DNA from: Gnetum montanum
Lineage: Eukaryota; Plantae; Gnetophyta
DNA length: 64,000 nt
Reading direction: 5' to 3'
Assembly: GCA_015680685.1 (NCBI GenBank)
Contig: MNCI01000456.1
Location: forward strand, 433,325 to 497,324
The position numbers and the translations under genes are program-made. Shown piece by piece: positions 24,971-38,387 of the stretch (its first letter is position 1; each line of letters opens with the position of its first letter). Under the pieces are notes generated by a model. It was not told where the DNA came from. It searched no databases and saw only the letters and a program-made list of their open reading frames with translations.

Positions 24971-27900
24971 TCATGCACTAGTATTAGGAGGGGGTTGGTC
25001 CCCAAACTCCTCTATGTCATCAACTCCCGTCCCACTAGGGCCAGCCTCACCACCATGTCCCTATAAGGATAAAAATAAAAACAAAAACAAAAAAAACAAA
25101 AAAAATAAGTAAACACAGACAAACAGATTAAAAGCGCAAGATACTAAAAAAGAAATGATGACTAAAAGTAATAAAATAATGTAAGCAATAAGACACTCAT
25201 AGGTGGGGAAGGCCTAAGATTAGCTTCCAGGCACCATAGAATCTCTTCTTCAGGCACGCACGCCTAGTCTTTCTCAAGTCCAAGGTCGATATTAGCCAAG
25301 GTTTTTCCCTTGTCCACTGATGACCAGGAAGGGCACTCAAGAGAAAACATGCTTGTTGAAGCTTCCCCAAAGGTGGTGGTAATGGATCTCTCAGGAGACC
25401 CTTCCACTTCTGTACACTCAACGAACTTCTCATAAGAAGAGCGCAAGCCTAACCCCTCCACGAACATCTCCAACCAATGACGTTCAACTGATTCTTCCTT
25501 CAACCACTTTTTGTATTAGTGCTTATGATCTTTTTGATCCTAGCCCCATTTATGTACCTTGGATGCAAAGGACTTCCAGTCGTGGCATTTCCTATTTAAC
25601 AAATCCATCTAGGTCCTCTATTCGGCCAGATCCCGAATCGCCTGCACCTTGCTATTCAAGCCTACCCAATAACATGCATAGGTGATCTCGAATGTACGCT
25701 AGGTACTATCACCTGCCAATCTAGCAGAGGAAAAATCATAATGGGCTTGCAAGTCATTCCTCTCCTCTGTCACCTTCACCAAACTTTCCTTCAATGATTG
25801 GATTTCAAGCCATAACTATTCAATTGAGCACCTGCAGGTCTAGAGAGACTTAGCATTCGGAACAACACAACCCGAAACTGTATCATAAATTCTTCTTGGG
25901 ATCTACTCAATATCTTTGGGCAATTCCTAGAGACCATCAATATGGGTAGCCTCGGAAGGACTCCATTGAAGCTTCGCACCTATAAGTACAAACATTACAT
26001 ATATGAGCCAACAAGAGATCTCCAATAGATGCAAAAACACAATGAACCTAGGTGCTTAGTATAAAGTACACACCTAACTCAGGATGAGCCTATTGCAGAT
26101 GAGCAACAACATCGTTGACAATGCCAATAACAAAGTCTACTTTCTTGGGCATCTCATGCCAAGGCCTCAATGGATCAGTGGATGTTGAATCTATATGGAA
26201 AGGCACCTCAACTGGGGGCTCTAACTCCGACCCATCTGCCGGAGATGCATGTCCTTCGGGTGCTTCAACATCCATGTCTGATATTAAGAAGAGCCATGAT
26301 AATCAAAATAATTTACAAAGCTAAGAAGTACAAAATGCGGATCAAACTAACAAGACTTACCAAGTGGCCCTTTGCTAGTAAGCTCAGGCGGATCACCAAG
26401 GTGTAGAGACCCATCAAAGAAACCGTCAAAGACACCTTTCTCCTCGCTTGAATGCTTAAGGGCATCTAAATCCTTTGCAAGTGTCACTCCCATGGTATCT
26501 GTTTCATCCTCTCCTCGCAAGATGGGAATAGCCCCAACTGCTCCTTCTCTCGATTCCTCCTCTTCGTCACACCCAGTGATAACCGTTTCAGGCTAACCCA
26601 TTGGAGCTAACTCTTCCCTTTCCCTCTCGGGGGTATCCTCTATTAACACCAAAAAATCTAAAGTTAGCATGACATAATAGGTAAGCACATTTAAGTAAGA
26701 AAATAAATTCAAAAAGCAATAAAAAAATACTTAAAGAAAAAAATAATAAAAATACTTACCCACTCCTGGCAAGATGAATCAAATCTTCTTTGACTTCGAC
26801 GGTCACACCTCAATAACAGGTTCCCTTGAATGCTTAGCCTTTTTCACCTTAGCATTGGCCTTCTTGATAGTCTCCTGAATCAAGTGCTCAGCTATCCTAA
26901 CAGTTGTGTGCAGTTTAGGTGGTTCCAACCCTAAGCTATCACGTGAATGGTGGGAACGACTGGCTGCACCCCCTGTCGTGACAGAGACTGATTCTTCGAT
27001 ACCTTCAAGTGGATCTTGGGATCTAGTGGTGTTAAATAGATGATAGATCTAGGGGCAAGACAACTATGAGAAATCCCTTAACACATAATGGTTATCTCTA
27101 TAGACCACTAAGAACTCGGCAAAACTACGGAGATAGCCCATGAAAAATGCAAAGGTAAAATGGGACTTAGCATCAACATTGGAGCGTAGCCTAATAATCT
27201 CTCCAAGGAGGCCTAATACAAGGAATTGCGCCCAATTGTAGCACATGCCAATCTCCAAGACCACGCGCATAACATGGTGCAGACTCAATCCCAAGACTTC
27301 TTGTTTGGGAAAGAGACTTAGGGAATGCTCATGCTCTAAAGAGCGGGTACAAAAAATTTACCTCTGTCAAGCGAGTATTAGCTTGCATGGAAAAATCCTT
27401 AACACCCTGTGGTATACCTAGCTAGTCTTCAAGTTCCTTGATCACACGGCCTTCTCTAGTTCCTCTATCCACCACCACCTTAGCACCATCCGCTGGTATG
27501 CCAAAGAGATCAGAAAAGAATTTGGCAGTTAGGTGGAAAGACACCTTAACTCCCTGAACTCGTGTAGTAAAATAGGAGACATCATCATTAAAAGAGTCAT
27601 CGATGGAAACCATTTCAGTCACGGGAATGCTAGAAGTCAAGGTAGTAAATAGGTCAATCAAGCTTGCATTTTTAAAATGACTAATAATTTGTTCAGGTGC
27701 CTTCTTGTGCAACCACCATTGTGACTCCTCGGTCTCTCCAAACTTCATAAAGAGAGTGGCCTCAGTACGCCTGGATATGATAGTAACCTCATCAAGGGGA
27801 ACGACCGTTGTAGAAAAGACACAAGAGATGCTAAGTAAAAAATTAAGAATACAATAAGCAATGATGTAACAAAAATGAAAACCAAGCCTGGAACACAACC

Positions 27901-30005
27901 ATTTACCGTTAGCAAATGGAGTAGGCACATTTGGTGTAGAATCAACCGTTCGAGGAAAAACAGGCCCATCAGGAGACCAATCCTCATGCAGCCAGCCGCA
28001 AACTCGACAACGTTCAAGGGCCCTAGAGAATTGCCTAGGATAATTGACAATAGCATCCTTGGTCTGGCCTAGCACTGCAACACGAAGAGTGGGGCCCATC
28101 ATGAATGCCTCCAAGGTTGTATGCACTAAGGCAAGCCCACTATCATCCTCATGCAATCCATGCTCAGCAAAACAGGGCCTGCGGAAGAAAAGGATATTCA
28201 TACGTAAGAAATGATATAATGTTAAAGGAACCAAAGTTAATACAAGTATAAAAGAGCAAACTTGTCAACTCTGTATACTGTTCCAGGCAAATTCTAGAAT
28301 AGTGTATGTACACGACAGGCTAGGAAAAGTGTGCTACTATTGTTGTAATGACTGCAAGACGGTAATCCCCACACACGGGTCAAAGGACGCGTTGATCTAG
28401 GACCTTCGGGAGCATCCCCCATCGACTATATACGGTCCCTCGTCTATATCCACAACAAATGCTAATATTCCCCGTGTTGAGCTAGACAACATGGTCTCAA
28501 CAATATCGCGAATCAGTTGCTCACTCAAATGAGACCATATGACAACGTTGAAATTTTGCAAAATAAATGATAAAAATGCATCAACATTTGGACGAAACCA
28601 TATTACATGCCTCCCGATGTCATAACTAGGCATGTTTGGTTCCAAAGGGCCAAACTAAGATAGCACACCAACAAGTTCAACCACAAGGAGAAAAGGCTTA
28701 GCCCCCCTGCATAGAACAAGAACTTTAGGTAAGTGAATTAAAATATATAAAACATATAAATTAAAAACAAAATAAAATAAGGAAAATAAAAAACCCAACA
28801 ACTAAATAATATTCATCACGCATAAGATCACCCCATAAGACAAGGACATCAATGTTTACTTAATGAATCTAATGCTCGCTAGGGTACATTTAAAAATTCA
28901 TTTCACAGTAAACCAATGCACAAGTGCAAATGCAAATCATGTACATTTACTGTCTAGCCCAAGAAAGTAAAAACAAAAAGATACAAATAACCAACAACAC
29001 CAAGCGAATAATTTACTCCTTTCTCATTCACTCACGTGCCAGTTCTAGGGAACTCACGCTGCAGCACATAATGCAGTAAAATGTGACTAAGGAATGCATT
29101 CACAATTCTGCAACCCACAAACGTGACTCAAGCTATAAATCATGTGATCGTGCAACTAATGCTGCAGAAGTAGCTGAGAAGTTGCTGCAGACATAAAAAT
29201 CGTAGACACAAAATCGTAGTTTTTCTCCGGACATGAAAATTGCAGTTTCCTGGGGCACTTATGCCCAGGCAAAAAAATGGACAAAAATCGCAATTTCTTG
29301 GGGTGCTCACGCCCAGGCAAAAAATGGACAAAAACTATAATTTCCTGGGGCACTCACGCCTAGGCAAAAAATTGCCAAAAAATCACTTTCCCTGGGGCGT
29401 TCATGCCCTCTTAGTCCCTGCATCCACGCTCATACCCTAGGCCGCTCACGCTGGGCATACCCTGGGTTGCTCATGCTTAACCCACATCGACTGATCATCC
29501 AAAAATAAACGAATTTGCAAGTTTTGCCATGCCCTAGGTCACTAGGCCACACCCACATCCCTACAATGCACGCCAGGGCTCATACGTGCCTTGCAATACA
29601 ACTCATGCTGAGGCATGCCCTCATTATTCATGCTAGGCATTCCCTCATTCCTCATGCTGAGACGTGCCCTAATTTTCTCACGTCGTGACATGCCCTAGGT
29701 TTCCACGTTGGGCATGCCCTAGGTCTCATCCTCACACTGCTAACTAATCCTTACGCGGCCCATGCTCTGGTCATCACATGGCAACCAAAAAAAATGGTGA
29801 AACTCAAAACCCTAGCAATGTCCCTAACACCTGAAGTTCAGAGTAGCAAGAAAACCACGATACAAACACCAAAATCTAGCAAAATTTTCACTTTGAAACA
29901 TAGCAAAAATGGTAGCCCTAATGGCTCACGCTATTCTTGCACTACAATAGAATTCCATGGAACAAGAACGAAAGAAAAACGTACCTGCGCAGAGTCCCTG
30001 TCCAT
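24971..30005 (-). pseudogene. Antisense multi-exon accessory gene of B (candidate first exon 29985-30005; main exons 24971-28706)
   Basis: KPFLLVVELVGVL...WFRPNVDAFLSFILQNFNVVIWSH...LTRVWGLPSCSHYNNSSTLFL; TRVQGVKVSFHLTAKFFSDLFGIPADG; CYNWAQFLV; AT-rich GT-AG introns at the same positions as in C. Confidence 0.78.
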
Positions 30006-30754
30006 CATGAAATCTTGGGTTGGAGAAGGTGTTGAAGTAGATGTTCGCTCTCCTTCACGAATGATAAGCTAGCATGCTTCTTCCCCTTGCGTTGGTTTAT
30101 TTATGCTTTCCCCTTCATCATCATTACTCATGCTCATGCTACTCTGTATCGTGGTCACGCCGCCCTACCCTGCCTTGTTACTCACGCTGTCTGCCTTGCC
30201 CTGTTGCCCAAACCACATACTTCTTGTTGCTCATGCTACCAATCCCTCTAACTCATGCTACCTGCACTTCTTGTTGCTCATGCTGCACTGTATACTGATG
30301 CCACACTCTCTGGTCACGCTCACCACTCATGCACTAACGCTTGCCAAAATAGCTCATGTTTTGCACCTTTTAAATTCCTTCTACTTTTCCTACCCTTTTT
30401 AAACCCACTGTCCAATGTACCTGCTTTATTTTTATGCTTATTCTATTTTTTTTCATCTTTATTTCTCATTCTTCTCTGGTTAATTTAGCCTAAGCATCAA
30501 AATAAAACAAAACAAAAAGACCTCAAAATTCATGAAACCATAAAAACCCACAACATTATTGTTCACACGAAAAATACCAGTGGCCCGGTAAGGCCTAAAA
30601 CTACCATGCGGTCCCGGTATGACATTAAACTACCCCTACATTCCGTAATTTCATCAGAACATAAATTACATGAAGCTAGTTTACATTTAGCAACTCGTTC
30701 ATTAAGAAAATCTCGTTCACGGTGCCCCCGGTTTAAATTGGCAGGAACAAGCAT

Positions 30755-33700
30755 ATGGACAGCAAGAACCTCTTTTCAACGTTGTCTATCAATGGACCTC
30801 ACGGGGCCATAAAAAGAACGATTAATGTAGAATCCTTAGATCTAGACTCATCTACTCAGGCTAATTTCGTGGCATCCACTCAAGAAACATCAAACTACCA
30901 TGAGGGTATGACTAAAATTTTGGACTTAGAAGCCAACAACATCACTGAAGATCCCCTCATTGAAGTCCCCACCACTATGTCTAGTGGCAAAGTTAAAACA
31001 TTAAAATTGAGTACCCTACTAAATCCACAACTTGCCAATGACATTACATAAGTGTTGAAGAACAACATTAAAATATTTGTTTGGTCATATACCAATATGC
31101 CAAGACTGGACCCTCGAATCATTCAGCATAACATCATCCTCAATGAAAAACTCAGACCAGTAAAGCAAAAAGCACGAAAGGTTAAACTTGAGGTAGCGTT
31201 GGTCATTCATAACGAAATCACGAAGCTCTACCAAGCCAATTTCATCCGAGCTATTGACTATGCCGATTGGGTATCCAACATTGTTGTAGTCCCCAAGAAG
31301 AACGACAGCATTCGTATATGCATTGACTTGCGTGACCTCAACATAGCCACTATAAAGGATGACTTCCCGCTACCCAGTATCGATCAACTCATTGACTCAA
31401 CCGCTAGGCATGCATTGCTATCCTTTATGGATAGATTCTTAGGATACAACCAAATCAGGATCAACCTAGAACACCAACTCAGGATAACCTTCATGACACC
31501 TTGGGGCATGTTTTGTTATACAATGATGCCATTTGGTCTAAAAAACGAAGGTGCTACATATCAACGAGCAATGACATATATATTTAGTGACTACATGTTT
31601 GATTCGCTAAATGATTATGTAGACGACATCCTAGTCAAGTCCAAAACAACCAAGCAACATGCAAGGGACTTAGAATTGATACTCAAACATTGTCTTAAAT
31701 ATGACCTTAGACTTAACCTAAATAAATGTGTCTTTGGAGTTAAGACGGGCAAAATTCTTGGCTTCATAGTCTTAGAAATAGGAATACGAGTAGACCTCGA
31801 TAAGGTTAAAGTAATAACTAGTATGCAACCACCTAGGAACCTTACCAAATTATGTGGTCTGCAAGGTAGACTGCAATTCATCAAACGCTTTATCGCAAAA
31901 CTAACTGATAAGTTTAAATCCATGTAGCATTTACTGTGGAAGAACATCCATTTCCAATGGACTTAACAATGCCAAGAAGCCTTTGAGAACATAAAAACGG
32001 AACTGGCTCAACTACCAACAATCTATCCCCTGCAAAGTGATCAACCTTTTTACATCTACCTTGTCACATCCAATTCATCTATTGCGTCTATGCTTTGCCA
32101 AAAATGAGAAGATGGAGCTGAGATCCCCATTTACTATTTAAGCCATGCATTGGTTGCCTATGAACAACAATATAACGATGTGGAAAGGTCATGTCTTGCC
32201 CTTATCTTTTCATTAAAAAAGGGCGACATTACCTCTTCCACAATCAAGTCAATATCATTTGCAAAGACAACGTGCTTTGAGCTATCACCAACAACATCTA
32301 TGAATCAAGTAGGATAGCTAGATGGAAGGCGATGATTGCAGAGTTTGACCTACATTATGTTACTCAATCCTCCACTAAGGGTCAAGCAATAGCCAATCAG
32401 TTGACCACATCACCAACACAAGATCAAGCAACAATCAACCTTGAATTCCCTGATGAGGATATTAACAGCATAGACACAGTGCCTGATAACTATGATGCAA
32501 TCCTATACTTCGATGGAGCATGCACCTTCCAAAGAGGAAGTGCTGCAGTTGTCATAATGTATCCCTCTAGAGAAATTCTCCCCTTTTCCTACCAGCTAAA
32601 CTTCCCTTGTACCAACAACGTGGCAGAGTACGAAGATCTTCTTAGAGGTCTTATAGCAGCACTAACTTCGAGAATCACACGTCTTGTAGTTCGAGGTAAC
32701 TTACAGTTAATAATCAATCAAGTCACAGAGGTTTACGCATGTAAAGCTTCTCATTTGCAACCATATCATGACCTGACTAAACACTTTCTAAAAAAATTGA
32801 TCAACATAGATGTGCAACATATTCCTAGGAATGAAAATACCATTGTCGATGCACTTGCCACACTAGCCTTGAACATGACACTTGAGATGTTACATGCGTT
32901 GCCTAGTTCTATAACAAATTGTGGCAAACCTGTGACCAATGCTCTCGACGAAATACCCATAGTGTCTGTCAGCACTACACAAGCAATAGAATGGTACAAT
33001 GACATAAAAGAGTACCTTCAACAAGGCGAACTGCCACAACATTTGACAAGTGCCCAAAAAGACGCAGTGCGAAAATGCTCTTAGCAGTATGCATTAATAG
33101 GAGATACCTTGTGTCGCAGATCCTATGAAGGCATCCTGTTAGTGTGTGTTAGTAGCATCAACAGCCAAAAAATTGTGGAACAAGTTCATGAAGGACTCTG
33201 CGAAGGGCATATAGCACCCAAATCAATGGCAACAAAAATTAGATGTTTGGGCTATTACTAGCAACACATGGAGTATGATTGCTTCTCCAGGGTCAGGAAA
33301 TGTAACATTTTCCAAAGGTATAGTAGCCTAATACACATACCACCTAATGAATTGCATACTGCACAAATCACATGGCCATTCCAAAAATGGGAATAAGATA
33401 TAATTGGGCTAATAATGCCACCATCCTCAACAGGACATAGCTTCATCATCACTGCAACCGAATATTTCACAAAATGGGTAGAAGCTATCCCCCTTAGGAA
33501 AACCATGTCTAAACACATTTGCAATTTCATATTAGAAAACATCATGACCTACTTTGGTATTCCAATGACCATAGTCACCGATAATGGGCCACAGTTCAGC
33601 AGTACAAATACTAAAAAATTCTATGAAAGCCTATGCATCAAACACTCATTTTCATCACCATATTACCCACAGATCAATGGTCAATTTGAGTCTACAAATA

Positions 33701-34230
33701 AAACAATCATCATGGTACTCAAAACGATATTGAATCAAATCAAAAGACAATGGCATGAGTAGTTAATCTATGCATTATGGGCATACCGAATAACGCATCA
33801 AACGTCCACAAGTAAAACACCATATAGCCTTGTATATGGGTCTGAAGCTATGTTACCTTTAGAGTTATAGGTTCCCTCGTTGCAAATAACGCTCTCTAGC
33901 CTCCTCGATGAAAGCCAGAATAATGAGCTATGCATTGATGACCTTGACTTGATGGAGGAAGAAAGAGTATGAGTGCTTGATCAAATTGAATGGTACTAGA
34001 GACAAAAATGGTGATGTCATCAACATGATCCACATAAGTGGCTGAACAAGGAAGGTGATCTAGTTCTCAAGACAGCCTGCAAACACTTAGACAAATTCTC
34101 AACTAACTAGGAAGGACCTTACTTAGTCACCAAAGCATATGATAACGGGACATTCAAACTCACAAACATGGATGAAAATGAGTTTGCCAATCCTACAAAT
34201 CACGTGTACCTGAAACCATTCTACATTTGA
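30755..34230 (+). pseudogene. pol: pol of B: RT, RNase H, aRH, integrase
   Basis: RT with YVDD; aRH YFDGAC..GSAAVVI...CTNNVAEYEDLL.GL; integrase HHCC, TEYFTKWVEAIPL, TDNGPQF and GPY motifs; stops and frameshifts. Confidence 0.95.
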
Positions 34231-35682
34231 TGATCTTAAGGTAGGTCACGGTCTAGGCATCATGACCTAAAACTGATACCATAGAACAATCCTAGAGCTA
34301 TGACTTAAAACTAGCACTACAGAACGTCCTAGCATCATGACAGTAAACTAAAACCGCACAATTCTATCTGGCATGACACTAAACTGCCACACTTATCCAC
34401 CAAAGTCCACTAAGATTATAAACTAGCTTGCCTCTTCATAGTCCACCATGACTATCAACTAGCACTGCATCGTCTGCTACAATGATAAACGAGAAACCTC
34501 CAAAGGATTATGACGTGAAACTAATCCACAACAGTCCGCTAAGACTATAAACTGGTGACTCCATCAACAACCTGGTGTTATTTGAAAAGACATGCTGCTG
34601 CACCCGGTTGTATGTGCTCACCAAAAAACCTACCGCCTGATTTGTCATATAGACCTTGGTGAAAATGATGATGTTCAAGATTTTGTTCACCTTGAAATTC
34701 CACATGATGGCTCCATTCCATCGGCTATGTTCATGTTTAAAGTGCTTTAGCTAACTGGATCATTTGTGGTTTTCTTATCTTCTTGGAGTTGCGTTTGCAG
34801 GATGACATGCTTCAGGCATTCGTGCATAGATGCACTTCATCATGATGACATGGTATCATGGTCTTCCTGACACTCGCAACTAGGTTAATCAATCCGCTCA
34901 TAAGTACATTCCCAACCCCTGATACATTCCCTATTTCCCATCATGCCCCCTTATCCTATTCAATGACATCCCTTGGATACATCATATCCTACTCACCTGA
35001 AGCTCTTGATACTTTTCCACACTGTGATTCTCAAAGCAGTTGCAATGCAAAACACAATACACGATACATGATACAAATGCAAGCACATGAGCATGAGCAC
35101 AACAAAAAAAAACAAAAAGTAAAAAAAAAAGAACAAAAGTTCAAAGGGAAAAATGCCCGGAAAAGGTCTTCATGACCTTGTGGACATCATGGACTAAAGA
35201 CCATTGGATCTTCTCATACAAGCCCCAAGTGAGAAGGTAATTGTCTTGGGAAAAATACTCATGTCTCAAATGATCATGTTGCACAGCATCGCATGGCTTT
35301 GGCTGTTTACAATGGGCTCCCTTAAACAAGACACAAGGGTCCCATTTCTCCAAAGAACACATCTCCTATGCCTTGGTTCCAAGTTTGCTATATATTGGCT
35401 ATTGACAAGGACCAAAAAGTTGGCTCATTCACATGAGAGAACTCCTCTCCCATAGTTAAAACAATGACACCCTTGATCAACTTCTAATTTCCCTAGTTAC
35501 AAACAATCCCCTTACATCTTGAACTACATTTCCCCAATCCCGTGTACTTTTGAACACAGTGTGATGACATCAGGCCAGGGGCCAACGGACAATGCTTGGT
35601 ACTTGGTTGTTCCTGGTGTTTTGTACTTCTTTGTAGACGTCTCTCGGGTGGATTCCTCTAGATGTCAACAAAGAGGGACCAA

Positions 35683-37473
35683 TGAAACAGCACAAAATTT
35701 TAGCCTAACACTTTGAAATAGGAACGACTCAAGCGACAAAAACTTAACTAAGGCATGGAACTTACACCCAGCTTGCTCATGCTGTCAAGCTAGCTTGCCC
35801 TCAAAGTGACCAACCCTGACAGCTTCCAAAATCAGGTCAAAATGGTCCTAATTTGAATGGGAAAAGCCCCCTCTAGGCCAAATGATGACTACTCCAAGTT
35901 TCAGCATCTAGAACCCAAGATTTCAAGTCAGAATCGCACGAATCTTGCTACTCACACTAAGGTCACACTGCCGAGTGTGAGTATAGCTTGACCAACTTTT
36001 AGAGCCCTAAAACCAAGTCCAAATAGTTTGAATTCAAGCACGTGGACTTTCATTGAGCTTCCCTAATGTTAATTGCAGCTCCTGGCCTCCAGAACCTCGA
36101 AATTTAAGCTCAAAATCACATGATTTATTTACTCACGCCTAGGTCACACTGGGGTCACGCTGGAGTGTGAGCCCAACATGACCAAATAAAAATAGGTCAA
36201 ATCAAGCAGTTCTAAGCACAATTTTTAGCATTAACTCAACCCTCAAGGACAAGGAAGAGTTCTACTTGTTCATAGGCTCTAGAAAATCAAAATTCAGGCA
36301 TGAAACATGGCATTTTGGCTAGGTCACGCTGACAGCGTGAGCCCAGCGTGACCTGTCAAAAGTGACTTAAATCAACGCAAGAACAGACTCAAATTCAACA
36401 TCCAAGCTACCTTGGAGAGCAGGTAGTAGTTACGATTCAAAGAACAAGCGTCAAAGGTTATGATTCAGCTCAAAATGTGTCAATTCCAGATGGTCACGCT
36501 GAGGTCACGCTGGCAGCGTGAGCCCAGTGTGATCACTAGTCACGACCAAGAAAAAGCACTTCTAATGCATGCTGAGGACATGCTGGGAGCCCTGGTGAAG
36601 CAAAGACACCTCAAATAGCCATCAAACCACTTAAATAGATGCACTGCAGCAATCGATTCAAAGGACCATGAAGTTTCAAGCAAGCTGGAGTTAATCCCTC
36701 TTGGAATTCATTTTAAATTTTCATTGTAAGCTTCATCATCTGTGAGCTTGTCAAGCTCTTACGCTGCTTCTATGAGCGTAACCTAGCTTGCATTATATGA
36801 TACAGTGCACCTGGTCTAAAACGTAGTCCACCCATGTACACCTGTTACGCAATCCATTTTTCGCGGATCTCACAGCCATTGACCTCATTTGCAAATCCCA
36901 CTCCCAAGCCTAGCAAAATGTATAAATACCCTATTCATTGACATAAAGAGTATCAACAAAATCTGGCAAAAAGAAAACTAGTAATCCTAAGCCTAGATGC
37001 ACGTGATTCCCAGCACTTGCAAACACCATGCATCAAAGCTTAACGTTTGACTTGTAATCCAAAATCGCGACTATGTTTTGATCAGTGCACATCTTGTTAA
37101 TTGATACAACACAGTTTCATTTTGCCTTCCATTATACTATTCTGGTTCATTGTCTGCATTATCCCATTTTATTGCACGTTTTTGCAATACATTCTCTATA
37201 TGTTTACACGTTATATTTCTCATTTACGTTTCATTGCATTACGTTCTTCATTTTACATTTTCTTCATTTTACATTTTGTAACGATAACCGCAGTGCAGGC
37301 CATAGCGTACGCTCGGGGAAGTCCTTGGTTGATCTACGTGCAGACCATCCAAGGCACTCTGCCTTCATTTTTTGTAAACAGGATGCAGTGAAGGAAGGGT
37401 CATCTGTGTCTCTTCGAAGATCTTTCAGCGTACGTTTTCTTCCAGCCTTACGTCGACGATTTCGGATCGTACA
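35683..37473 (+). repeat. 3' LTR of B
   Basis: TGAAACAG...CGTACA, preceded by the PPT. Confidence 0.92.
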
Positions 37474-38132
37474 GGTAACATAGGCATAAGTACACAATGC
37501 GATGGGTTGGCTGACTGTGACTGCAGAGGAATGGACTGTGAAGGGATAACATCTGGAAAGGAAGCTAGAGAGAAGAAATGTTGATGTGACGAGTGCGCAA
37601 CATAGTTGGCAGTAGACAACAATAAAGGCATAGTAACCATAAAAAGCGGATTTGCATGGGACGCTGTGGAGGGAGGAGCCATAACAAAGCTAGTGTGACT
37701 GCCTCCCTCAGAGTGGAAATCTAGTTCCTCCTGCCGATCATGGGACACTTCATCACAGAACACCACGTCTCATTGTTCCATTAACACCCTGGCCATTAAC
37801 AGTTGATCCAAGATCCACTGTTGCCAGTCCTTTAGGGGTATGGAATCATTAGGTGAAGGAACGAATTCCTTCCCATTATAGTACATGAACTCATAGTCGC
37901 ATTTCTCTTCTAGTTCCTATGGGTACATAGGAAGATTTTCCATAAGTTTGGCATAAAGGAAGTTGTATTGTTCCGTGTGCTGAGCGTGCCCCTCAGGCTC
38001 TTTGTTTTGAATCCTAAGGGACCGACATGGCCACATCGTACTGGTTGGTGGCTCAATAACAGCAGGTGTAGCCTGTGTCATCAAGGGACTTTCATGACTA
38101 GCGGTGGAAATGGCGATGGTTGTCATAGCCAT
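37474..38132 (-). pseudogene. gag N-terminal remnant of A
   Basis: RSLRIQNKEP..QYNFLYAKLMENLP and HANPLF match the gag N-termini of B (RSLGLQGKEP..QYNFIYIKIQANLP, YANPLF) and C. Confidence 0.75.
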
Positions 38133-38364
38133 TCTCTACGTAGTTAGAAGGTAATGCTAATGGGGATAAAGATCACAAAGGCAAAACTAGACTAAAGGCA
38201 AATGTGGGCTTTCTGTCCAGCTGGATTCTAGAGGAATCGTTGGAGTGACTGATCTATACCACACGATCACGTAAAAAACCATGGAGGTATCACGTTTACG
38301 CTAGTTGATAATGGGTACAGACAACTTACAAGACTACCCATGAAACCCAGATCAAAGGTTCAAG

Positions 38365-38381
38365 CCCTTCTTCTAGTGCTA
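38365..38381 (-). promoter_or_regulatory. PBS of A (degenerate tRNA-Asn type)
   Basis: cccttcttctagtgcta adjacent to the LTR. Confidence 0.75.
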
Positions 38382-38387
38382 GAAAAC

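Larger units (their letters stand above)
18233..37473 (+). mobile_element. Tat-lineage Ty3/gypsy element B, full-length (about 19.2 kb), degenerate
   Basis: LTRs 18233-20051 and 35683-37473 (TG..CA); PBS tggcactaggaggg at 20057; PPT 35670-35682; order gag-PR, antisense gene, RT-RH-aRH-INT. Confidence 0.93.

Noticed and set aside
24971-30005. Antisense gene as an independent nested transposon or host gene
   Set aside because: No flanking TIR, LTR or TSD is visible, and it has the same position and orientation in three diverged elements, so it is part of the element.
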